Of a stretch of 64,000 bases of DNA, positions 38,653-46,549 are shown piece by piece; position 1 is the first letter of the stretch; each line of letters opens with the position of its first letter. Made by a program: the position numbers and the translations under genes. The notes below the pieces were generated by a model. It worked only from the letters and a program-made list of their open reading frames with translations. It did not search any database and had not been told where the DNA came from. Origin of the DNA: Bacteroidaceae bacterium (lineage in GTDB: Bacteria > Bacteroidota > Bacteroidia > Bacteroidales > Bacteroidaceae); the NCBI GenBank assembly GCA_045661205.1, contig JAZRFE010000018.1, positions 65,523 to 129,522 on the forward strand. Direction: 5' to 3'.

Positions 38653-39093
38653 ATGGAACAGAACAGTGAAATCACCGTCGGTGAAATGCGAAAACAGGCC
38701 ATCATCGACACCTTTTTTGAAACAATGAAAAATTGCCGCAAAATCGATCCTTTTGCCTCTTTGGAGAAAATCATCGAAAAGGCAGCAAATACAAAAGCTC
38801 CGCGTTTCTTTGTCTCTTTTGAAAATGCCCGACGATTCGTATCGATGCTTGTACGCAAGAAGAGACTGCCTCTTGTGAACAAAAACAAGCTGGAGATGTA
38901 CAAAGAACTCTTTCGTCGCTACAAGAAACAGCGTCAAGAAGATTTTACAAGCAGAGTCATCAACTACACCCTACTCGAAAAAATCATTGAAGAGCCGGCG
39001 CCTTCGTTCTATCTCGACACAGAGACCTTCCGTTGTCTGCTCTACAAGGCACTTAGAGAAAGAAATCACGAACTTTCATTCTGTAAAATCTAA
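38653..39093 (+). CDS. small protein with an internal tandem duplication (possible DNA-binding or small-terminase role)
   Basis: 146 aa. It has two repeats, LEKIIEKAANTKAPRFFVSFENARRFVSML and LEKIIEEPAPSFYLDTETFRCLLYKA. It is the first gene of the operon that ends in terL. Confidence 0.5.
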   Translation: MEQNSEITVGEMRKQAIIDTFFETMKNCRKIDPFASLEKIIEKAANTKAPRFFVSFENARRFVSMLVRKKRLPLVNKNKLEMYKELFRRYKKQRQEDFTSRVINYTLLEKIIEEPAPSFYLDTETFRCLLYKALRERNHELSFCKI

Positions 39094-39099
39094 TCAGCT

Positions 39100-39612
39100 A
39101 TGAGACGAAAAGAAGAGCTTAAAATTTCCACCTACGATGTTACGCAACGTATATATACATATAGTTACTATGTTGGCGAATCTCGGCGAAACAGTGGGTT
39201 GCCCATAAAACTTGCGGCAAGTATGCAGGCATCGCCCGATGACCATCATCAGCTAAACGACCACATGAATGTTGCTGCAAGCGAATTGGTAAAAATGATA
39301 AACAGTACTTTTTGTGAATGCACTACATCAAGTGTGCCCGACAGCGAACACGCCGGCTACTCAATTCTTAAATTCAGGCTCATCCCCCCGCAATACTTCC
39401 CCATGCACTTGTTTGGCGAGTTGCAAAAAAACATGACAAGCTATTTGGTGATGCGCACCCTGCAACAGTGGATATTGCAACATAAACCCGACGAGGCTGT
39501 AATAACCACGTCAGAGGCCGAGAAACTTACCATTCAACTGCGTGAACTGATGAACTGTCGAGTGAAACCGCGTAAAGGTCAAAACGCAACAAAAACAAAC
39601 ATAGAACTTTAA
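39100..39612 (+). CDS. connector-like protein, paralog 2
   Basis: 170 aa. The C-terminal segment MTSYLVMRTLQQWILQHKPDEA...LRELM aligns with paralogs 1 and 3. Confidence 0.5.
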   Translation: MRRKEELKISTYDVTQRIYTYSYYVGESRRNSGLPIKLAASMQASPDDHHQLNDHMNVAASELVKMINSTFCECTTSSVPDSEHAGYSILKFRLIPPQYFPMHLFGELQKNMTSYLVMRTLQQWILQHKPDEAVITTSEAEKLTIQLRELMNCRVKPRKGQNATKTNIEL

Positions 39613-39616
39613 TGAA

Positions 39617-40090
39617 ATGGAATACAATATCTTGATAAAAAAGGAAGATCTTGTCCACCGGATAGACCTTCTTACCCACTATCACGCCGAGAGTGAAAAG
39701 CGTAAAGATATAAACGCTGATATAGGCGAGACTTCGTTCGACGACGAAGAACTTTTGGAGGGCTTTCTCACAAAGGCTGCAAACGAACTTATTGCAGCAC
39801 AAGCGGGCCGTTTCGAGAATATATCATTCAAGAGCAATCGCAACTATATTGATATAACCTTTGTTGCGAGCAATGAAAATGGTGAGCATCTGACACCCAT
39901 CCTAAAGCAGGCAATAACAGACTATCTTGTAAATGAGATAATGACGCAATGGTTGCTGATACGCTATCCCGCATGGAGTCAGACATACATTGCAATGAGA
40001 GGCGAACTACACTCACAAGTAAAAGAACTTTTTGCAGCTTTTTGCAATAAAAAAATCAGACGACGCTCCACAAACCTCGCAGGAATATGA
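39617..40090 (+). CDS. connector-like protein, paralog 3
   Basis: 157 aa. The C-terminal segment ITDYLVNEIMTQWLLIRYPAWS...VKELF aligns with paralogs 1 and 2. It overlaps terL by 4 nt. Confidence 0.5.
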   Translation: MEYNILIKKEDLVHRIDLLTHYHAESEKRKDINADIGETSFDDEELLEGFLTKAANELIAAQAGRFENISFKSNRNYIDITFVASNENGEHLTPILKQAITDYLVNEIMTQWLLIRYPAWSQTYIAMRGELHSQVKELFAAFCNKKIRRRSTNLAGI

Positions 40091-42117
40091 CGCTTATGGC
40101 AGAGATCCCACAAATGATAGAAGAAAATTATAGACGGTTGAAGATAAATTCGGCCGTCTATAATCCGGTGACCGGCGAAGGCTCCACATCCGTTGCGCGC
40201 AAATGGATTGAGATTGAAGGTTTTCCCCTCACACGTATGAACCTTCCATTAGATATGTTGAACGAAAAACTCACAGAGGAACTTATCGAAAAGGGAGCGC
40301 ATGGGTTTCTTGTGGCTCATGGTAACAAAAATCCAACCCATAGGAATATAATAACATTATGGCTTGAATTTTGCCGTAAGCGCATAAAATACGACTTTGA
40401 ATATTGGGCGAAAACGATGGCTGTAATCTCGGACAAAGGTCGAGGACGCGACATACCTTTCACTCTCAACCGCCCACAGCGTTTCTATCTTAGCGAAATG
40501 GAAAAGCTGCGTTGCGCAGAAAAACCGATAGACATCATATTATGCAAAGCGAGACAATGGGGAGGCTCTACACTGACACAGCTCTATATGCTTTGGATAC
40601 AGCTTGTTCACAAACGCAATTGGAACTCGGTGATATGTGGCGATGTAGAGAAACAATCCTCGATAGTTGCCGGTATCATGGCCAAGGTGATTAACAACTA
40701 TCCTTTGTGGGCCACTGGAGGCAAAAAACTTACCACTACGCCCTATCAAGGCACACAAAAGACAAGAACAATAAGCTGGAGCAACAGCCGATACTCTCTA
40801 GGCTCTTCGCAAAAGCCCGACTCTCTTCGAAGCGAAGATATAAGCATGGCCCATCTCACCGAGGTCGGGCTGTGGAAAGCTACTGCCGGAAGAAAACCCG
40901 AGGATCTTGTACAGTCAATCTTTGGTTCGATAGCCGGAGGAGCATACACTGTTAAGGTAATGGAGTCCACTGCAAAAGGAGTAGGAAATTTCTTTCATCG
41001 CACATGGATAGATGCCACAGCCGGACGAAACAATTTTACCCCCGTATTTGTACCCTGGTACACTATCGACCTATACAGCAAGCAGCTCACTCCTGCCGAC
41101 TACACACCATTCATAGAAAGCATGAACGAGTACGAGCAACAGCTTTTCGCGTTAGGTGCCACACTCGAAGCCATCGCATGGTACCGAGACAAAAGGCGTG
41201 AAATGCCCGAAGAATGGCGACTCTTCTCCGAGTTTCCCTCTACTGCAAACGAAGCCTTCCAAAGCACAGGCCGACGCGTATTCAAAATTTCGTACGTTAA
41301 AAACCTACGTGAATATTGTGTTCCTCCTGCGTGGACGGGTGACATTGTAAGCAGGGAAAAATATGATGTAGAGCACAGAGCAAATAAAAGTATTGTTACT
41401 TTTGAACCATTGCAACCAGGTGAACCCGACGACAAGAATGTGCTCAAAGTGTGGCTGATGCCCGACACACAACACAACTACCGCGACCGTTACATCGTAA
41501 CAGTGGATGTTGGTGGTGTCTCCGAAAAAGCCGACTACTCCTGCATAATGGTTGCAGATAGACTGCCCATGCTCGAAGGTGGTGTTCCCGAAATAGCAGC
41601 CTGCTGGCACGGACACATTGAGCACGATAAACTCGCGTGGAAAGCTGTTGAAATAGCAAAAGCATACAACAACGCATTGCTTGTGATAGAGTCGAACACC
41701 CTGGAGACAGAGGGTACCGAAGGCGACAATTTCGAGTATATACTCAACGAGATTGCCGGGAAATATAGCAATCTTTACAGTCGTACATCCTCGCAGGAGA
41801 TAAGACAAGGACGGCCACGCCGTTGGGGATTTCACACAAATCCATCCACCAAGCCCATGGTCATAAATTTCCTTATAAAAGCCATACGCGATGGTTTATA
41901 TGTGGAACGATGCATCGAGACCACGTACGAACTCGACTTATACGAACTAAAAGAGAATGGTAAAGAGATGGGAGCCGTCGAAGGCAACCATGACGACCGC
42001 GTAATGGCAACAGCAATCCTTATATGGATATGTTACAACTACCCTTTGCCCACAGCTCAGCAAACAGAGAAAACAGGAAGAAGCCGTACAAGGATAGTAA
42101 GTGAGGCTAGTATATAA
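40087..42117 (+). CDS. terL: terminase large subunit
   Basis: 676 aa. ATPase motifs are a Walker A-like CKARQWGGST, a Walker B-like ISMAHLTE and the coupling motif FPSTANEAF. Nuclease acidic motifs are YIVTVDVGG, LLVIESN and GNHDDRVMA. Confidence 0.88.
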   Translation: MTLMAEIPQMIEENYRRLKINSAVYNPVTGEGSTSVARKWIEIEGFPLTRMNLPLDMLNEKLTEELIEKGAHGFLVAHGNKNPTHRNIITLWLEFCRKRIKYDFEYWAKTMAVISDKGRGRDIPFTLNRPQRFYLSEMEKLRCAEKPIDIILCKARQWGGSTLTQLYMLWIQLVHKRNWNSVICGDVEKQSSIVAGIMAKVINNYPLWATGGKKLTTTPYQGTQKTRTISWSNSRYSLGSSQKPDSLRSEDISMAHLTEVGLWKATAGRKPEDLVQSIFGSIAGGAYTVKVMESTAKGVGNFFHRTWIDATAGRNNFTPVFVPWYTIDLYSKQLTPADYTPFIESMNEYEQQLFALGATLEAIAWYRDKRREMPEEWRLFSEFPSTANEAFQSTGRRVFKISYVKNLREYCVPPAWTGDIVSREKYDVEHRANKSIVTFEPLQPGEPDDKNVLKVWLMPDTQHNYRDRYIVTVDVGGVSEKADYSCIMVADRLPMLEGGVPEIAACWHGHIEHDKLAWKAVEIAKAYNNALLVIESNTLETEGTEGDNFEYILNEIAGKYSNLYSRTSSQEIRQGRPRRWGFHTNPSTKPMVINFLIKAIRDGLYVERCIETTYELDLYELKENGKEMGAVEGNHDDRVMATAILIWICYNYPLPTAQQTEKTGRSRTRIVSEASI

Positions 42118-42120
42118 ACA

Positions 42121-42148
42121 GGAAGGTGCAGCAAAAGCTGCACCTTCC
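42121..42148 (+). terminator. hairpin between convergent terL and the TRIC-family gene
   Basis: Perfect 12-bp stem GGAAGGTGCAGC / GCTGCACCTTCC with an AAAA loop. No clear T run follows. Confidence 0.5.
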
Positions 42149-42168
42149 CTACTTAACCATATCAAAAT

Positions 42169-42789
42169 TTATTTATCCTCGTCGGCACCACTAAGCACCG
42201 GCAAGCATATATTGTATTTCACGGCAAGCGTTCTAACAACAAAAACCGCAATACCGCAAATTATTTGTGTCATATGTACCTCCATTCCAAGTCTGTCGCA
42301 CAAGCAATAGACAAGAGCACCGATAACGCAGGCCATGGCATAAATCTCTTTTCTAAAGAACAGAGGCTCCTCATTGATGAATATATCTCGCATTACACCA
42401 CCTGCCGAACCGGTCAAAGTAGCCATTACCACAGCAACCCATATCGGATAGTCGAGAGCCAAAGTCTTTTCCACACCAACGACAACGAAAAGTGCCAGAC
42501 CAATGGTGTCGAATATAAAAAACGTATTGTTCAGGTGGATAAGGTATTTACCAAAAAGAATTACCCAGAAAAGTGCGAATGCTGAGCAGATAAGATACAT
42601 TGAATTAGTCATCCAGAAAGGAGTCACATCCAACAACACGTCACGAATAGTACCACCTCCGATAGCAGTAACCACTCCCACAACATAAGCACCGAACCAG
42701 TCAAAACGTTTCGCCGATGCCAATCGTATACCACTTATGGCAAAAGCAAATGTGCCCGCAAACTCCAAAACATCTACAAATGAAGGCAT
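42169..42789 (-). CDS. trimeric intracellular cation channel family protein (UPF0126/YadS-like)
   Basis: 206 aa and polytopic, with duplicated GG-x-xRD motifs (GGGTIRDVLL, AGGVMRDIFI). Confidence 0.8.
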   Translation of the reverse strand: MPSFVDVLEFAGTFAFAISGIRLASAKRFDWFGAYVVGVVTAIGGGTIRDVLLDVTPFWMTNSMYLICSAFALFWVILFGKYLIHLNNTFFIFDTIGLALFVVVGVEKTLALDYPIWVAVVMATLTGSAGGVMRDIFINEEPLFFRKEIYAMACVIGALVYCLCDRLGMEVHMTQIICGIAVFVVRTLAVKYNICLPVLSGADEDK

Positions 42790-42890
42790 TATATCTTAAT
42801 AATTGATTAAACATTTATAAATATCACCTCATTTTTGTCGAGACGACAAAAATCAACTGCAAAAATAAATGAAAATAATTTGAAAATAGC

Positions 42891-42898
42891 TACATTTG
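42891..42898 (+). promoter_or_regulatory. candidate -7 box (TACATTTG)
   Basis: TAnnTTTG 33 nt upstream of the ATG at 42931. Confidence 0.35.
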
Positions 42899-42930
42899 TA
42901 AAATAGTTATCAATAAAAATTAGAATACAC

Positions 42931-43287
42931 ATGAAAATAATAGCAATATTGTTTTTTGCAGCCACACTCTCTTTTTCACTTTACTCCTGCGATTCCATTG
43001 AAAACTCATTGAATGAGATGCAAGAAATATGTGAGGATGTAGAGGAGAATTACAAAGAATATACCGATAAGGATTTAGAAAAAATCACTTTGCGTTTCTC
43101 CGAAATAGAAGAAAAGATGGAAGAGAGAGAACTCACAAAAAGCGAACAGAAAAGGCTTGCTAAGTTGAAAGGCAAATATTATGGCATTGTTACCAAAAAC
43201 GCATTGAACGAGTCGCAAAAAAAAATTAAAAAAATCTCCGAGGAGTTAGAAAGTCTTGTCGAAGGTTTTATTGAGGGTCTCGAATAA
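42931..43287 (+). CDS. small coiled-coil lipoprotein
   Basis: 118 aa with the lipoprotein signal LSFSLYSC, followed by a Glu/Lys-rich helix. Confidence 0.55.
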   Translation: MKIIAILFFAATLSFSLYSCDSIENSLNEMQEICEDVEENYKEYTDKDLEKITLRFSEIEEKMEERELTKSEQKRLAKLKGKYYGIVTKNALNESQKKIKKISEELESLVEGFIEGLE

Positions 43288-43299
43288 CAAAAAAATAAA

Positions 43300-44619
43300 A
43301 TGTTAGGTGCTATTGCAGGGGATATTATCGGTTCTTCTTACGAGTTTAATCCCACAAAAGAATATAACTTTGAACTGTTTCGCGAGGGAGCATACCCCAC
43401 AGACGATACAGTGATGACGCTTGCTGTGGCAGAGTGGCTCGTCGAAGACAGCGAACACAGCCACGAAGGATTATCGCAATACATGCGTAAATGGGGACGC
43501 AAGTTCCCCGACTCAGGCTATGGCAACATGTTCAGCGAATGGTTGAGCGATGAAAACACCTCAGCCTATAATAGTTATGGTAATGGCAGCGCAATGCGAG
43601 TAAGCCCGGTGGGATTATACGCAGCAACACTCGACGAAGCATTATGCCTTGCAAAAATATCAGCCGAAGTAACCCACAACCATCCCGAGGGCATAAAAGG
43701 TGCTCAAGCTGTTGCCGCTGCAATATGGATGGCAAAAAGAGGCGAAACAAAAGATAGCATCCGCTGTTACATCGAAAAAGAGTTCGGCTACGATCTAAAA
43801 CAAAAGATAAAAGATATACGCAAGGATTACGAGTTCGACGAAACATGCCAAAGAACAGTTCCTGAAGCAATTATAGCCTATCTCGAGGGTGAAAACTTCG
43901 AAGATGTCATCCGTTTGGCCATCTCTTTAGGTGGCGATGCAGACACATTGGCGGCAATAGCCGGTTCCATTGCCACTGCCACCCCGCAAAAGGAATACAA
44001 GGTTCCCGAAAATATCAAGCACTACTGCCTCTCATTGATGCATCCTAGAATGATAAGCGGAATGTACACATTCTTCCATTATCTCGACCATCCTGTCATC
44101 GACGCGCCCATACGAAATTCCTATAAAGTCGACGAAAGAATATATGCCGGCGAGTACCCTGCCACATCAAATGCTGTATTGGGGCGCAGAGAGGCCGCAC
44201 GTTTCACAAAGTTTGGAATAACACATTTTATCGACCTGACCGAAGCAGGAGAATTATCGCCTTACAATCAATGGCTACCTGCAAACTGCACATATACACG
44301 CTTTCCAATAAAAGATTGTGACACACCTACATCAATGGAGGGTGTTACTGAAATGCTTAAAGGCATAATAGAGACAATCAAGAGCAGTGTGAATGCTAAA
44401 GTATATATCCACTGTCGTGGGGGTATAGGACGCACAGGGACAATCGTGGGGTGTTACTACGCGCTGCTTTTAAAAGACTTCACAGCCTCGATGAATTTAT
44501 TGGAGAGACAGTTTTCACAATGCCCCAAGTCAGCATTCAGACGCACTCCCGAGACGCTTAAGCAACGCCAATTCATAATGAGATACGCCGACTACGTTTC
44601 AAGCAATAGTTACACGTAA
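43300..44619 (+). CDS. ADP-ribosylglycohydrolase fused to a dual-specificity/Cys-based phosphatase domain
   Basis: 439 aa. The N-terminal ARH signature is MLGAIAGDIIGSSYEF...DDTVMT...GGDADT. The C-terminal part carries the PTP loop HCRGGIGRTG (HCx5R). Confidence 0.75.
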   Translation: MLGAIAGDIIGSSYEFNPTKEYNFELFREGAYPTDDTVMTLAVAEWLVEDSEHSHEGLSQYMRKWGRKFPDSGYGNMFSEWLSDENTSAYNSYGNGSAMRVSPVGLYAATLDEALCLAKISAEVTHNHPEGIKGAQAVAAAIWMAKRGETKDSIRCYIEKEFGYDLKQKIKDIRKDYEFDETCQRTVPEAIIAYLEGENFEDVIRLAISLGGDADTLAAIAGSIATATPQKEYKVPENIKHYCLSLMHPRMISGMYTFFHYLDHPVIDAPIRNSYKVDERIYAGEYPATSNAVLGRREAARFTKFGITHFIDLTEAGELSPYNQWLPANCTYTRFPIKDCDTPTSMEGVTEMLKGIIETIKSSVNAKVYIHCRGGIGRTGTIVGCYYALLLKDFTASMNLLERQFSQCPKSAFRRTPETLKQRQFIMRYADYVSSNSYT

Positions 44620-45371
44620 AATTCAAGTCCGTCGTAAGCAAGATGCACGTTGCGAGGAAGCACCTTCTCTATTTTTGCATGCAGACCTATGTGGTGCATC
44701 ATGTGAGTAAAATAGACCTTCTGCGGTTTTAAATAGTTAATGACACTGTATGCCTCCAATACCGTCTGATGCGACCCATGAGGCTTTGAAAAACGCAGAG
44801 CATTAATCACGAGAGTTTCAACACCCAATAGTTTGTCAAGCTCTTCAGGCTCTATGAAACTCATATCTGTAATATATGCAAAAGCCCCAATACGATATCC
44901 GAGTATAGGCAATTTTCCATGAAATACCCTTATAGGCTCTATTGTAAACTCGCCAATGGTGAGCTTTTTACCCTGCTCCACACTATGCAACATTAGGTTG
45001 GGAACACCGGGATATTTTACATCTGAAAAGCAGTAAGGCAGCACACTCTTCACATGCTCGACTGTGTGCCCATCGGCATAAACAGGAATATCACCCTTGC
45101 GACAAAACGGGCGTAAGTCGTCGAGCCCGCCGGTGTGGTCGTAATGTTTATGAGTGAGCAGTACAGCATCAATCTTATTGAAAGGTCTGTTCAGCATCTG
45201 GGTTCTGAAATCTGGACCACAATCGATAAGTACTCTGCTGTTGCCACTCTCAATAAGAGCCGATGAACGCAAACGCGAATCACGAGGATCGTTAGAACGA
45301 CACACTTCGCACCCACAACCAAGTTCCGGTACACCCGTAGAAGTGCCACTACCCAATATTGTGATTTTCAT
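44610..45371 (-). CDS. MBL-fold metallo-hydrolase (PhnP-like)
   Basis: 253 aa. Contains THKHYDHTGGLDDL (HxHxDH). Confidence 0.8.
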   Translation of the reverse strand: MKITILGSGTSTGVPELGCGCEVCRSNDPRDSRLRSSALIESGNSRVLIDCGPDFRTQMLNRPFNKIDAVLLTHKHYDHTGGLDDLRPFCRKGDIPVYADGHTVEHVKSVLPYCFSDVKYPGVPNLMLHSVEQGKKLTIGEFTIEPIRVFHGKLPILGYRIGAFAYITDMSFIEPEELDKLLGVETLVINALRFSKPHGSHQTVLEAYSVINYLKPQKVYFTHMMHHIGLHAKIEKVLPRNVHLAYDGLEFYV

Positions 45372-45387
45372 ACTAAAAGCTAAATTA

Positions 45388-46395
45388 TTAATAAATCACA
45401 TTGACCTCGGGGTAAATGTCCACATTAAACTTTTCCTTCACCGACATCTGTATCTGTGTAGCAAAATCCATCACCTCTTTTCCGGTTGCCCCTCCGAGGT
45501 TCACCACCACCAATGCCTGGTTGCGATAAACACCAACATGTTCGCCGCTTTTCTCCTTCCAGCTGCATTTGTCAATAAGCCATCCAGCCGAAAGTTTCAC
45601 ACCTCCTTCAGCCGGATAGGTAGGCATTCCGGGATAAAGTTCTTTGAGCTTTTCGGCATGAATAGAGTCCACCACAGGGTTCATAAAAAAGCTGCCGGCA
45701 CTTCCTATCTCGGCAGGGTCAGGCAATTTTGCAGCACGTGTCTCACATATCGCAGCACGAATATTTTCGGCAGTTATGCCACCCATAGCCTCGCATCTCT
45801 CCTTAAGATTACCATACGAAAGTACATACTTAGGCAGTTTGTTCAATTTGAATACAACATGCGTAATTACATTTTTCCCTTTTTCGCTATTCTTGAAAAT
45901 ACTGTTGCGATAGCCATAGGAACAATCGTTATTAGTAAATGATACAGCACAAGACTTTTCAAGTGAAACAGCTTCGACTTTTACGATTAAGTCACCCGCT
46001 TCTACTCCATATGCACCAACATTCTGCACAGCACTTGCACCCACCTCACCGGGAATTGCCGAGAGATTTTCCAATCCCTGCCACCCTTGCTCTACGGTGT
46101 AAGCTACAAAATCATCCCAATTTATTCCGCTGCCGGCACGTACAAAAACCGCATCTTCTGTCTCGCCAATAATCTCCACACCTTTTATTGCCGAGTGCAG
46201 AACTACGCCATTGTAATCTCCCATAAAAAGCAGATTACTGCCACCGCCGATAACCAAATGCTTTGTATTACCAAGATGTTTGGCAATAGTGATGACATCT
46301 TCGGGAGTACTGAATTCTACAAAATGTGCAGCCTTGACGTTCATGCCGAAAGTATTATGCGGCAAGAGCGAATATGAGGAATAATGCTTTATCAT
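45388..46395 (-). CDS. murB: UDP-N-acetylenolpyruvoylglucosamine reductase
   Basis: 335 aa. Has the N-terminal NTFGM motif and the FAD-binding GGGSNLLF motif. Confidence 0.92.
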   Translation of the reverse strand: MIKHYSSYSLLPHNTFGMNVKAAHFVEFSTPEDVITIAKHLGNTKHLVIGGGSNLLFMGDYNGVVLHSAIKGVEIIGETEDAVFVRAGSGINWDDFVAYTVEQGWQGLENLSAIPGEVGASAVQNVGAYGVEAGDLIVKVEAVSLEKSCAVSFTNNDCSYGYRNSIFKNSEKGKNVITHVVFKLNKLPKYVLSYGNLKERCEAMGGITAENIRAAICETRAAKLPDPAEIGSAGSFFMNPVVDSIHAEKLKELYPGMPTYPAEGGVKLSAGWLIDKCSWKEKSGEHVGVYRNQALVVVNLGGATGKEVMDFATQIQMSVKEKFNVDIYPEVNVIY

Positions 46396-46502
46396 AAACT
46401 AAAAATCATAAATTCATCGCGAAGATAGCGTAAATCGGCAGCAGAAACAAAATTTATTTAAAAAATTAAAACCCACATTATGGTAAAATCGTTACAAATG
46501 AT

Positions 46503-46510
46503 TAATTTTG
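46503..46510 (+). promoter_or_regulatory. candidate -7 box (TAATTTTG) for pheS
   Basis: TAnnTTTG 40 nt upstream of the ATG at 46550. Confidence 0.35.
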
Positions 46511-46549
46511 CACGATTAATATAGAGAAAATAACATATCAATAAAAAAT

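Larger units (their letters stand above)
32030..42148. mobile_element. phage-derived locus B: repressor plus head/packaging module, with no portal, tail, integrase, replication or lysis genes
   Basis: Contains a CI-like repressor, scaffold-like and capsid-like genes, connector-like small genes and a large terminase, arranged in two divergent operons. Core genes lie on both sides. Confidence 0.75.
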
